Shown here piece by piece: positions 23,055-36,212 of a DNA stretch of 64,000 nt (position 1 is its first letter; the number at the start of each line of letters is the position of its first letter). Made by a program: the position numbers and the translations under genes. The notes under the pieces are model-generated. The model ran no database searches. It was not told the origin of the DNA and saw only the letters and a program-made list of their open reading frames with translations. The DNA is taken from positions 198,772,001-198,836,000 of the forward strand of contig NC_058371.1 in NCBI RefSeq assembly GCF_018350175.1, in the 5' to 3' direction. Source of the stretch: Felis catus (Eukaryota).

Positions 23055-26000
23055 TGACCTGCGAAGTGACGGGGGTCGGGACGAGACACGGTTCATCTGG
23101 CTGACCCCCACTGTGCAAAACCAGCCCTGTGGCTTTTAAGTTTTCTTCATTTCCTTGCTTTTCCAGAATGACCACACGTAACTTAGTGTTGTTGGGCTTT
23201 TTGGGTTTTTTTAGTGTTTATGTTTTTCAATTTTAACATACGACTTTTTAAAAAAAATTCCAGCATATAACACCGTGTTCTGTTAGTCGCGGGTATACGG
23301 GTGCAGCGTAGTTGAACAGCTCTGTCCGTTACTCGGTGCTCCTCACGGTAAGTGCTCTCCACCCGCTTCCCCGACTTCACCACCCACCACCGCCCCTGTG
23401 GCCGCCACCGGATCCTTCTCTATAGCCATGAGTTCAAGGGGAAAACCCACCCCTAAACCTTCTTTTAGACAGCGGTCACCCACGTGGGGAAAATCACTTT
23501 CGAGACTTGAAGTCTTTACCTCCAAAGTTCCAGGGAGGAAGCAGACTAACAAAGATAAGGCGGCCTACTCCCCACGTGCAAGACCCGGTTCCGGGCCCCT
23601 TACTTGTGCCAGCCGAGCTCAGTGACCCTCCTCCCCAGAGGGCAGGTCTATAACCCATCTTGCAGGTGGGGAAGTTGAGGGCCGGGGCAGTCCCAGCTGT
23701 CTGGGGGTCAGCCTCCGTCCTTCACCGGCCCCGGCAGGGTGCGGAGGCACGGGGCTTGGTGGCCAGTGTGGTCTGTGCACGGGCCGTTGGAAGCACTCAC
23801 TCATGGAGGGGGGGGAGGCCTGTCTCTGGACGGTTCTCTAGGGGGGGAAGAGCTGTTGGAAGGGGCGGGGTTCCAGCCAAGTGGGGGGCGGAATGGAGCC
23901 TCCCCCACAGGCTGGGTGGTCTCTGAGGGTGGGAACAGCTGGGCTCCTTGAGGAGGAAGTTAAGACACTGATCTTCTGGGGACTTGTTCTTTGGGAAACA
24001 AGACGTGGTAAAACGGTGCCCGTCACCCAGATTCAAAGGGGTGATTTGAGAGACGCCACTGGGTGGCCCAGACCTTGCAGAGGGGCCGTGGCTGCCTCTC
24101 CGTTCACCCCGTGTGGCTATGTGAGCAGTCTGCTCGTGTCTGGGTGCACAGATGGTCGCACACCCACACTCCCAGCAGTTCCCACAGCACCTCACGCACC
24201 GTGTGCAGTTCTAGCTCACGAAAGCCCGTGGGTCGGTCGCTAGGTGCGAGCGAAGCCTGCAGAGGTGAGGCGGCTCCGCGGGGTGACTGGCGAAGCCGGG
24301 GTGCGCTGTGACCTTGAGTCCCTCCTTCCCATCGCTCCGGCCTGCCTCGTGGGCTGGAGGGACACCGTGCAGGGCCTGCCTGGCCCGCGGACCCGTCAGA
24401 GTCACGATCTGCTGCGTCCGCGGGGCGTTCGCCCGTGTTATTTGTCTGCCCCGAGAGGTGGGTACTTCTAGGAGAGCCCCTTTCCGGCGGGAACGTTGAG
24501 GCGCAGAGAGGCCCACGTCTGTGGTTCCCGCTGGTGCCATAAGCACGGTACGTGGGCTGAGAAGCTCGTCCGGTGGCTCCCGGCTTGGCAGTGTATCTGT
24601 GGCTTTAAGCTCATGACCGGGACCGGGTTGCACTGACTCAAGGTCGACGTCTTTTTCCACTCTGGCCAGCCGGCTTAGCAGGTGCCTCATCTGCGGCCAC
24701 TCACGTGACCTGCGCGGCGCGTGCCCTGGGGATTTGCCGCCTGCCGGCCCAGGCAGAAATGACCTCGGTTTCAAGGTCATCATATCCATCATTCTGATGG
24801 CTGACATCACCTGGATATCTGGGTTTCTCATTCCGGATCTGACCTTTGCCCTTCTCAGCCCTGGCGTTTTAGGTCCCCGCGGAGTGGGGTGCAGCGTGGC
24901 ACCTGAACGGCTGCCCATCGTCTCTTGTGGTCCCTTGGGTGCAGGCTCTGTCCCCCAACTCCGGTGCTTTCCCCACATGCTTACCTGCTGTAGGTCCCCA
25001 GGTTCCCTGTTTAAGGCACGGGTGACGCACACTGGCCACGAGGGCTTTGGGCAGCCACAGCCGAGCATCTCTGTGGTTACCTGGTGCCCGTTGCCCAGAA
25101 CCCGAGGGCTCAGAAGATCTGAGCCCGTCCCTGTGGACTGGGCTGTGGTGGCAGGATCCTGTCTCACCTCTGCCTCCTCCTGCTGGGGGATGTCTGAGAA
25201 GGTGACGTATACAGCAGGCGCTCAGTAGAGCACTGCACTGCAGTGAGCCCGTCTCCCCGGTTTTCCGCATAAACAGTCCAGGCAAGTCCGTGTGCTTAGC
25301 ACCTGCCGCCTCCTTAGGGTTCACGACCACCCCGGAGGGGGCGGTGCTCGCCCGTTTCACAGACGAGGTTTTCGAGTCCCAGGTGGTCACCAGGGGGCTG
25401 GGGTCCTTCGGACTAGTCCGTGTCTCCGAGGCCAGTGCCTTTCCACCACACGGCCTGCTAGGCACACCTCCCCATTGGGCTCCGCCTTCCAGCTCCTTCC
25501 AGTCCCGGCTCAGATACCAGCTCCGCCATGCAGCCTCCGGGGATTAACCTGACCCTCCTGGGGTTCCCATTGCCAAATGTTAGGAGACAGTAGCAGCATC
25601 TAAACAGGGAGCCGGACTCCGGGTCAACAAGTCACCTTCCTCGCTGGCAGCCTCGGGATATGTGGTGGGCCACGTACCCCCGAGTGTTCTCCAGGGCGAG
25701 CATCGTTTTTCTCTGGTCTCTTCCTTTCGTGTCACGTTGTCCAGGCTCCCTTCCGCCCGGGGCCCTCCTCTGAGGGGCCATTCTTGGGCCATGCTTCTCT
25801 AGGTGTGACCAGATGTCCTGGCGAGGTCCAGCAGTGTGGCCTCTCTCTGCCAGCCAGGATGACAGCCCCTCCTCTTTGGGGCTATATATAGGCACGGGAA
25901 CAGCTTGATGAATCACTGGGTGACTAGCCATGCTGGGGGCCCCAGAGTGCATGGGGACTTGGGGAGATTTCCAGGGTTTTCCCGCCGGACCCTTGCTTGT

Positions 26001-27053
26001 TGAGTAAGGCAGCTCCCCATGGAGCCCTCTCTCTGGGCTGTATGTGGATGTAAGTCCTTGCCACGTGTCACCGGTTCCCTCCCGGCCAGGCAGATGACCC
26101 CCAAGGTCACGGTCAGGGGCAGATTGCCACCTGAACCGTGTGGCCTGGCCAGCTTGACCTGGAGGCCTGTGGGCCAGACGCTCACAGCTGAAGGACCTGC
26201 GTTCTGTGGGCACCTCGGGCTTGTGCCCCGACACCATTCTCAACAGGGAGGGAGAGTTAACCTGGTTCCCCACGCGTCTGCTGTGGAGTCTGCGTGTGAG
26301 GGGAGGCCCCCAGTGCACTGTTCCTCTAAGTGTGGTCGGGGGCCGCCTGCGGTAGAATCACCTGAAGTTTGATTCTAGCGGAGGGACCTGGACCCTGGGA
26401 ATGTGCCTTGTGACGATGAGCTCTCCCGTGGCCCTTCGTGGCTGGAGGTGCATTCTAGCACAAGGGCAGGGCAGGCTCAGGAGGGCCGGCACCTTTCTGA
26501 AGTGCTGATGGTGTTCACCGTTCTGGAATGTTCTCCCAGCCTTTTCTTGCCCAATTAGGTGTCTGGCGTCTCTGAGTGGAGCCCACAATAAGGCACGCTC
26601 CTCCTGCGACGCATCAGCTGGCCGAGGGTTGGGGAACTTGGGGGGGGGGGAAGGTTGACCCGGAGACGGATCTGTGATGGAAGGTTCGGCCTCCACCCTG
26701 GGCCGTGCTGGGGGCTCCGTCACAGCTTTGCTTTGGACAGAACCTCTTTCTCATCCTTTCGGTGACTGGGCGGCTTCTGTGTGGCTCCCAGCCCAGCCAC
26801 CGCCTCCGTTCTTTTCGTCTCTCTGTGTGAATTGCGGGAATGGAACTGCGTCTTTCAGCCGTTGGAGCAACAAGTAAATAACGTGTCCCCCTTTGTCTCT
26901 AATTTGTGCGGTTCGGGAGCGGGGAAGCCGGCTGCTTTGGGCCTCCTCTTTATATACCTTTGGACGGCATCCTTGAGACGAGTTGTCTTTTTGGATGTTA
27001 CTTTATGGTTATCGCTCGGGGATGAATCTCTTGGCTCCCAGGTTGCTAGGCTG

Positions 27054-27066
27054 GTTGCTAGGTAAC
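27054..27066. promoter_or_regulatory. RFX X-box motif
   Basis: GTTGCTAGGTAAC, preceded by a second GGTTGCTAGG half-site at 27041. Confidence 0.5.
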
Positions 27067-28152
27067 CGCTGATGGGGAGAGGGTTTTGTAAGACTCCGCC
27101 ACACTGGGATTGCTGGATGAATCACCCAGCAGCGGCCAAAAGCCTAGGCTTGTGAAGAGGTTAGTCAAGGAGGGAAGTGCTCGTTTAATTAATTGGAGGT
27201 GTATTTATGCGGAGAATAAACACAGGCTGAGATGGTTCTCAAATTAAGTAAACCTAAACATCTTTTCAGTCGCGTGTTCCCACTCACCCACGCAGGGCGG
27301 GGTGTCAGGGTGCAGCTGGGGCTGCTTGCTTAACGCCCCCCTCCCATCTTGGAAGATGGAGGGACCGTAATTAGGCAGATTAAAGGAAGGCTCCGTCGGG
27401 GCTCTCCTGAGCCCTTTATGCTCTGTGGCTGCCACTACGGAGAGCTGTTGACATTTCTGAGACCCACATGCCTTCTCTTTGTGAGTCAAGGGTTTGGGTG
27501 AGCAACCTGCACCCCCTCCCCTGGGGCCGTGTTTCCTCTGGGGCTCCGTGAGATTCCAAGGTCAGCCTTGCACGTGAACGCCTTTCGTGGTCCGTGCAGA
27601 GCTGGGAGGATGTCCTAGGAGGAGAGACCGAGTTCGTCTAAATGGCCCCCTGTGTTGGCGGTGGATCGTACGGTGGGGGCATCCCTTTGCATCCCGTCAC
27701 AAATGATTCTGTGGGTGGTTGGTACCTTCTTCTCACCTCCTTAATGACCTTGAGCTTCCTGCGCACCCGGCTTGTTTTCCACACTCTCCAGTGATCCCCC
27801 GGTGTGTTTCGAGACGCATTTGTTAAATATTTATGAACGGCAACACCATTTCCTTGGTGTTCGGCAGTGGGGGAGGTCTCCAAGCAGCGGCACTGGAGAT
27901 CCCAGAATTGTTTGGACACCCCCGTAACCTTCAGCCGAGCGTCCCGCGGGACTTGGATGCCAGGTTCTGCGGTGGCAGAGCCCACGGTTTTCTGGCCCAG
28001 CTGTCGAGTGGGGGCTTCATCCAGAATCGGATAATAAGTGGTTTGAGTCATCTTGGAGAGGGGGTGTCTGTGTGTTCATTTTTTTGTCGGTTACCTAAAA
28101 TATTTAGTGTTGCACATGCTTGAAGATGTCAGGATTCATCCTATTTTTTCCA

Positions 28153-28195
<43 letters not shown>

Positions 28196-28989
28196 GCATT
28201 ACTCAGCAGAAAACACGTTTCCTTTCCCCTCCCCCCTGAGGGGGGAGGGCAGAGGGAGCGGAGGAGGGAGAACCTAGCAGCCATCGACCCAGAGCCGACT
28301 CAGGCGCTGAGTTTTATGAGTGTCATTCCTTTTTGTGTTAGTAACAGTCTTGAAGGTTGATCTCGCTGGCTTGACTTTGTAGGTGGGGAACGAAGGTCAG
28401 AGAGGTTAAGGAGCAGGCGGATGGGCAGCCAGCTAACCAGGGGTGGAAACAGGATTCAGACCCACATCCACCTGCCACCCCAAAGCCCACCAAGCTCTGT
28501 CTCCCACACCGGCAGCTGCACAGGACCTGCGGGCCGGCTCTCCCCCACTTTGGATGTCCCAGTCCCACCCCCCCTGAGCAGTGACCTCTCCCAGGGGCCC
28601 CCAGCAGGAGAGGAAGCCCCACCTATAAAATGGGGGTGCTGCCCCGTTCCCCACTGATCCTTAGAGAACTAGGGTGTGGACCAGGGTCTTATAAGTTGAG
28701 TGGCTATATAACTTATGGCCCAGATTGGGACGCTTTTGAGAGTGACCGTGGACACTGCACACTGGGGATGCCAGGGCGGTAACCAGCAGCCAGGACTGTC
28801 CTAAGAATCCAGGGTACGTGGTCCCTTCCTTATAAAGTTTACCCTGAGGCCCACATCTTGTGTGCCATCCATTCCTGGCTGTTCTTTCCAGAAAACATCC
28901 CTCAGCTCCGTCTTGCCTCTGGGGCTGGGCTGCCGGGACCTCTGCCCCAGCCTGTGTCTTGCCTGCCTCCTGTCTCTCTCCCTGGCCCA

Positions 28990-29366
28990 TCTTTGCTTAG
29001 TGCGGTCAAACCTACGTAACGTAAATTTTATACTTCAAAGTGTTCAGTGACATGTGATCTGCATTGTTGCCCAGCCATCACCACTGTGTAGTTCCAGAAC
29101 ATTTCATCACCCTGATAGGAGACCCCCTGCCCATTAGCAGTCACCCCGTTTCCTCGCCCTGTCGGCCCTGGGCAGTCACCGATGTACATTCTGTCTCCGG
29201 ATGTGCCTGTTCTGGACATTTCACATGGATAGAACCATACAACACATGGCCCTCTGTGACCGGCTTCTGTCACCGGTGTGTTTTCACCGATCATCCCTGT
29301 CGTAGCAGATGGGTGCCTCATTTCTTCTTCTTTTCTTTTCTAATTTTTTTTAACGTTGATTTATTT

Positions 29367-29402
<36 letters not shown>

Positions 29403-30790
29403 CACGAGACACAGAGAGAGAGGATGGGAGGCACAGAATCCGAAGCAGGCTCCAGACTCTGAGCTGTCAGCACAGAGCCCGACACAGGGCTCGAACCCAC
29501 GAACCGTGAGATCATGACCTGAGCCGAAGTTGGGCACTTAACTGACTGAGCCACCCAGGCACCCGCCTCGTTCCTTTTTATGACTAATACTGGGTAGTAT
29601 GGCTAGGCCGTCCGGTTTATCCCTTCATCCACGGATGGGCACTGGGGCCATTTCCTCCTCTTGGCTGGCGGGAACAGTGTCGCTGTGAACGTTCACATGC
29701 AACTTTTGTTTGAACACCTGTTTTCCGTTCTTCTGGGTTTGCACCCGGGAGCGGAGCTGCCGGTTCGCGCGGTGATCTTGTGTCTGACACACCGAGGAGC
29801 TGCTGTGTTCTCTGGCAGCTGCACCGCCCCCCAGCCCCCCCACCCCCAGCAACGTGTGCAAGGCTTCCGGTTTCTGCACATCCCGCCGGCACCTGTCATC
29901 CTCCGTCCCTTCAATTCTAGCCGTCCTCGCGGCTGCAAGGCAGTGTCTCACTGTGGTTTTGATCTGCATTTCCCGGGGGGCTGATGACGCTGAGTGCTTT
30001 TCCCCCCGCGCTGGCTGGCCGTTCGTGCCTCTTGTCTGGAGAGGTGTCTGTTCAAGTCCTTTCCCGTTTCGAACTGGGTTGCTTTTGTGCTGTTGAGTTG
30101 CGTTCTGGACACCAGCTCCTCATCAGATCTGTCATTTGCAGATGTTTGCTATTATCTGTGGGTCGCCTTTTCATGTCTTTGCACAAAAACATAATCTGGC
30201 ACAAAACTTAAACGTTCTGAGGTACGATTTATTTTTTCTTTCGCTGCTTGTGCTTTCGGTGGTACTTCTAAGACACCATTGACCTCTCCCGGGGGCCCCC
30301 AGCAGGAGAGGTGTGCCCCCTGCCAAGTCTGAGGTCATGAAGATTTACCTCTGTGTTTTCTTCCAAGAGTTTTACGGCTTTAGCTTTCACATTTAGGTCT
30401 TTATTCCATTTGGAGTTAATTTTTGTGGATGGTGTGGGGTAGGTGTCGAGCTTCGAGCTGCTTCTGTCTGTGGAAAGCCAGTTGTCCCAACACCAGTTGT
30501 TGAAGAGACTGTTCTTGCCTCCCTGAATGGGCATGGCGACTCGATTCAGAAACCAGTTGATCTTGACGTAGGGTTTAATTTCTAGACTCTCTGTGCCATC
30601 CCGTTTATAGGGTTATTCTTATGCCAGTACCGCACTGTCCTAATTACTGTAGCTTTGCAGTAAGTTTTGAAATTGGGGAAGATGAGTCCTCCCACTTACT
30701 CTTTGCTTTCAAGATTGCTTTCGGCTGTTTGGGATCCCTGTTTTTTTTGCGTCTTCCCTGATTTCTTTTAGCAGTGTTTTTCCGTTTGCG
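28990..30790 (-). mobile_element. Old L1M 3' region in NSG1 intron 3, interrupted by a SINE
   Basis: ttccagaacatttcatcaccc..., ttgtcccaacaccagttgttgaagagact, ttactgtagctttgcagtaagttttgaaatt. Confidence 0.8.
29328..29564 (-). mobile_element. Can-SINE
   Basis: Reverse SINE with a (GA)n stretch. Confidence 0.92.
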
Positions 30791-32534
30791 GAGTTCAAGT
30801 CCTTTCCCTTTGGCCGCAGGCAGTGAACGACAGCAGGGCGAGTGCTGCCTGTGACCCTCACCGGTGCAGAGCACTGGTGTTTTTGTGTCACGCCGTAGCT
30901 GGTGCCCGGATCCCCTCCTTTCTTTGAAATCACGGTATTTCTCAGATCTTGCTTGATGTTAATCAAGAAACAAGTATATATGTATCATCAGTTTGTATCT
31001 TTTGCGGTCTTCTGACAACAATGTTTCAGCACGATGGGTTTTCCGCGCCGTCCCAGGTATGGTGTTGTCGTATCTCGAGCATGATTCGGAGAGGGATCTG
31101 TAGCCTTTTCTGGCTCCCGGAGAGTCAGTGGCACAAACACAGCGGACACCCTGTGCTGGGCTGGCCCCTGGTCCCTTGAAGGCCGCGGCCCAAGGCACGG
31201 CCTGGGCCCCCACGCGGCAAGTGCCGGTGGACACGGCCAGGAGTCCAGCTCCGGTAGAACAGCTGTGATTGCCTCCCACGGTCTCCTGCTCTGGAGCTTT
31301 TACTGACAGCTGCACAGAAGTGATACACATTTGGGGGTGATGCAGAATCTGCTTCCTCTCACTCACTCTCGCTCACACGCACGCACACATCGGTGGCGAA
31401 CGTGTCCTTCAGCTGACTTGGAGCCTCCTAGTGTTGTGAGAAATGGTAACTTGTCACAAAGAGGCGGCTGCCTCCTGGAATTCTGCAAGTGCCCAGGAAC
31501 CGTCTGGGTTCCTGCTTCTTGATGTGGCAGACAGGGACCTGTGTCACCTGGCTTGGGTCCCCTCCTGCAGGACATGTGATGTGCCAGCCACACTGGCCGA
31601 ACGCACTGCGTCCCTTGATGCTCTGGGCTTTGGCACAGCCTTCTTCCTCTGCAAACACGCCTTCCACCCTTGCTGCCCTCATGAGCTCCTCTTCCGAGAC
31701 CCAGACCCCCCCCCCCCGCCCCCACGTCTTCCCCAAGCACAGTAGGGATTCCCCTCCTCCTCCTGCCCCCCCCCCCCCCCGAGTCGTGATGAGTTCACAC
31801 CACGCAGCGGAGAGCAGGGCTGATGCGGTGGGGCCAAGGACAGGTCAAGGTAGCCACCTTCTTGAGAATGTCCACCAGCCACCTGGGATTCTGTAGGTGG
31901 AAGAAGGCAGGGCCCTGGGGCCCTTTTTTGCCTTCGTAAGCCCCTTCGTCCTTAGGAAAAGAAAACAGGACGTTAGCATTTGACTGTCTCGGTCTGAAGA
32001 ATATAATCCAGGCTGGACCCATTATCATCATACAGTTGTTTTCTTCCTGGTTTTACAACAAACCTGAAAACCATTTTTGTGGGCCAGGGAGAGCGTCCGT
32101 CGCCAGCACTGGGCCCCGGGGTGCCCGGCAGAGACGACGGCTCTGAAAGAACAGCCCTGCTTCTAAGAAAAGGTGCTTCTCCAGCGCGGGGGCTCCCTGC
32201 CCCCCACCCCTGCCCACAGCCCCGCCCGAGCGCAGGCGACAGCAGGCGCCGTCCGTCTGGCAGCCCAGGCTCTCCAGGCCTCCAGGAGCCCGTGGGGGGC
32301 ACAGCAGCCCCGGGCCCCCCCCCCCCCTTCCTGTGTGTGATCGTTTGCTTCACAAAACCCAGACCGACTGGCACCTCTAGAAACTGAACTTGTGCTCCAT
32401 TTGACGTGGGGATGCTCGGGGTTGGCTCCGGGTGCAAGTACTCGCTGAGAAGATGGGCCGCCGGCCAGCTGGGTCCAGTGACTCCCTGTCTCCCTCGGCG
32501 CGCACTGGGGCCTTGCGCTCCGGAGGAGGTGAAT

Positions 32535-32960
32535 GAGCTCCCGGGGGCATCTGTAACAAAGTGCCACCACCTGGGTGGCTCAGGACAACACGCACGGATT
32601 CTCTTACGGTCCTGGGGGGTCAGAAGCCCCGAGTCAGTGTCACTGGGCTGCATCCGGGTGTTGGCAGGTGCTCCCGCTGGGGGGCTCCCGCTGGGGGGCT
32701 CAGTCTCTTGGGCTTTTGGAGCCACCAGAGCCACGGCCCCCACGCTTCTTGGCTCGTGGCCCCTTCTTCCACCTGGGCCGGTGTCCTCCAGTCCCTGCTC
32801 TGTCTCCTCTGCTCCCTCCCGTAAGGACACCTGGGACTTCGCTCACACCCACCCAGATATTCCAGGAGGTCTCCTCGCAGGGGCAGAGTCACTTTTTGCG
32901 TAGAAGATGATGTGCACAGGTTCCAGGGGTTAGGACCTGGATGTCCTTGGGAGACACCAC
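32535..32960 (-). mobile_element. MLT1 LTR containing a 14-bp tandem duplication (ctcccgctgggggg x2, 32671-32698)
   Basis: ctgtaacaaagtgccaccacctgggtggctc...cacaggttccaggggttagga. Confidence 0.7.
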
Positions 32961-34329
32961 TCGGCTTACCCAGCCGGTGTGCCCTGGGCCGGTCACCTAT
33001 GCGTCTGAGCCTCAGCGTCCCCGAGGGTAAAATGCAGCCCATGGTGTTGCCTTCGGGAGCTGTCAGGAGTCCACGAGCCGTGGTTAACCGTCTGCTAGAG
33101 TGCAGAGTGTAGTGGCAGTCTCTGGAGCTACCCTTAATAGTGGTGTTTGGGCACAGGAGTGCCCAGGCTGGGTGGGGGGAGGGGAGCTCAGCAGCCCTCA
33201 GGCTCCAGGAATCCCATGCAGAAGGGGTTTACCCCGTTTACCTCGTCCTCAGCTTAGATTGTGCACGGGAAGTGTCTGGGAAGTTTTAAATGCTACTGAG
33301 GCCTAGTCGTTGTCCCCCCCCCCCCCCCCCCCCACCGTCTTCTCCCTCGCTCTGGGTGGGGTCCTGGTGTTGGGATCCTCAGAGGCTCCTGGGATTCTAA
33401 CACAGCCATGGTTCCACCCCTGTTTTTGTGCTCAGGCTGGGCCACTGCACGTGGCTGCTGCTTCGCTGCTTGCGTGTGTCCCTGGGCTCGTCGGACTACC
33501 TGGGGGTCTCGTTGGCTCGACTCGAAGGTGCTGCCTTTTCAGCGACCGGGCCTCCGTCACACATCAAGGTGCCAGATGCGATGGTCTCTGAGCATCTTCC
33601 GTGTCCCGGTGCTGCAACACCGTGAGGGAATGGGCTTTGTGAAGCAAGGGCTCGCCCTGCCCACCCCCGACTGCCCAGCTGGGGTCTCCTGGGCTCCCCA
33701 CTGTTAAACCCGGGGGCTGGGCTGGCATGGCCACTTCCCGGTGGAGGGGGGCCACGTGCCCTTTCCGGAGTCACGATGCGTGTGGGCCTGGCGGGCCTGG
33801 AACCCAGGGCTCTTGACACGCGTTGGGCAGCGAGTGGCCAGTTTGTCTTCTAGTCAGACTATTCTGGAACTGGTTGAAAGGTGGGGCCGCTGGGGGCTCC
33901 CCAGGATGCTTCTGGTCAGGGTGTGTCGACGTAGGAAACAGCCTAAAGGGTACTCCCACGAAACGGCTCTAAGTAATTTCACGCTTCTTTCTAGAATGTG
34001 CCTAGCTGTCTCACGGGAGCAGGGAGGTTGGTGAGACTCTCCGAACTGGGACACAGTTTCGTTTCACTTGAAGCACAGAAACAGTAGATGCTGGGCTGTG
34101 CGGTGTCCATGCTTGTGCTGCTGGTGCTGGGAGACGCTGGGATGTTCCAGAGCCTTCCTGGAGGGGAGGCAGGGGCCCGGCCAGGGCTTCAAAGGGCGAG
34201 GAGGAGAGCAGGTGACCCCACCTGGCGTGCTGGGGAAGGGACAGGGATGGCAGCAGACAGAGAACACCTCAGGGGACGCGAGCCAGCCCTGGGCCCCCCC
34301 CCCTCCCCGAAACAGCTCCAGCCGCCGTG

Positions 34330-34730
34330 GCAGGTTCACCGCTGGGGGCTTAGCCAGCAGACGGGGCGTGTCTCCGTTCCGAGGGTCAGAAGCCCAGATA
34401 CGGGTATTGGCGGGGACGTGCTCCCTCTGAAGGCTGGAGGGGAGTTCTTCCTTGCCTCTTCCCAGTTTCTGGTGGCTCCTGGTGGCCCTCGGCTTACAGA
34501 CATGTCCCTCCCACCCTCTATCTTCTCGAGCTTCTCCCTGCGTGTAGGTCTCTGTGTCCTGTCTCCCCTTTCATAAGGACACTGTCAAATTGGGTTAGGC
34601 CCCACCCTAATGACCTCAACTTAATCACATCTGCAAAGACCCTATTTCCAAATAAGACCACATTCAAAGGTAGCAGGGTGTAGAACTTCTGTATTTTGGG
34701 GAGGGGAAGACACAGTTTAACCCATAATGG
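34330..34730 (-). mobile_element. MLT1 LTR
   Basis: cacatctgcaaagaccctatttccaaataagaccacattc...acacagtttaacccataa. Confidence 0.75.
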
Positions 34731-35733
34731 GCCTAGCACATGAGGCTGACCTCTCTTCAGAGCCCTGATCCCTAGTCATTCTCCTGATGAACGTGGAAGA
34801 GCACGAGGCTTTGTTCCCTGCCTGCAGACATAAGATACGCAGGTGACCTGCTTAGGCACACAGCTGGCAGGTGGCAGAGCCAGGAGCCAATTCTGAGCCG
34901 GCTGGGGATCTTTCTGGAAAGGTCCGGGGCTCTCCTCAGGCCACGATAACCGCAGGGGTGCCCTATGCCAGGTGGTGAGTAGGAAACCCACATTTCTCTT
35001 CTGACCATGGGGCACTTCCCAGGTTTGTGCAGACCCTGGGGCCCAGGAGAGGCTTGGAGTTTGCAGAGGTGTGGGGGAAAGAGTGGGACAACCCGCAGGG
35101 GAAGGGCTTTGCTACACCAGGCGCCGCCTCCCGACTGTCCCTGGATTTCTCTGCCTCCCTCCTTTGAGTCCTCCGGGAACCGTCACGTTCGCTTTCCTTG
35201 GTTCCGTGGGCTCCTCGGTCATCAGGCCTGGGAATCCTGGTTGCAAGGCCCAGGCCGGGTTCCAGGAGGAGAGTGGTTCCCCACAGCCCCGCCGAGAGAT
35301 GGGGCTTATTTTTAAACCTAAACAGATGGGGCGCCGTGAACCAAACACAGTCACGGCTTCCAAATTCAAGGGACAGGTTAAAGACTGCCCTAGGACGTGA
35401 GATCGTGTGTGCGTGTGTATGGATTTTAATTGCGAACTGTTGTACACACACCATTAGTTTCAGGAGTGAGACACAGAGACTCCGTTATTTGTACGTGTCG
35501 TGAAATGATCACCAAAATGGAGTCCAGGGAACACCATCACCACACAGCTAGTTTGTACACGTGATGAGAACTTTCAAGGTTTAATTTCTTAGCCACTTTC
35601 AAACACACAACACAGTATTCTTCTTCTCTATCGTACCCCCAGGACTTACTTACCTTAAAACTAGAAGTTTGTACCTTTGACCACCTTCACCCATTTCGCT
35701 TACCCCACCGATCTGGTCGCTGTATCTCCAAGC

Positions 35734-35970
35734 TTTTTTTTGTTTTGTTTTTAATTTTTTTCAAACATTTTTTTTTTAAATGTTTATTTTTTGAGAGAGA
35801 GAGTGCGAACAGGGGAGGGGCAGAGAGAGAGGGAGACATGGAATCTGAAACAGGCTCCAGGCGCTGAGCCATCAGCACAGAGCCCGATGCAGGGCTCGAA
35901 CCCATGAACTGTGAGGTCATGACCTGAGGCGAAGTGGGAGGCCCAACCAACTGAGCCACCCAGGGGCCCC
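35734..35970 (-). mobile_element. Can-SINE
   Basis: Reverse SINE body. Confidence 0.92.
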
Positions 35971-36071
35971 ACGCGAACTTGTTTTTTTTGTTTTAGATTC
36001 CACACAGAGGCGAGCTCATAAGGTACTTGTCTTTCTCTTCATTTAGCATAATGCCCTCAAGGTCCATCCTT

Positions 36072-36212
36072 NNNNNNNNNNNNNNNNNNNNNNNNNNNNN
36101 NNNNNNNNNNNNNNNNNNNNNNNNNNNNNNNNNNNNNNNNNNNNNNNNNNNNNNNNNNNNNNNNNNNNNNNNNNNNNNNNNNNNNNNNNNNNNNNNNNNN
36201 NNNNNNNNNNNN
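36072..36212. other. Assembly gap (141 N) inside an L1
   Basis: Run of N bases. Confidence 1.

Noticed and set aside
24244-24264. Frame-preserving 21-nt microexon (VRAKPAE) between TAG| and |GTGAGG in NSG1 intron 3
   Set aside because: No polypyrimidine tract or branch point upstream, unlike SRRM4-type neural microexons.
24734-25228. ORF with a hydrophobic stretch (FKVIISIILMADITWISGFLIP)
   Set aside because: No coherent splice signals or homology. The segment is better explained as a TF motif cluster.
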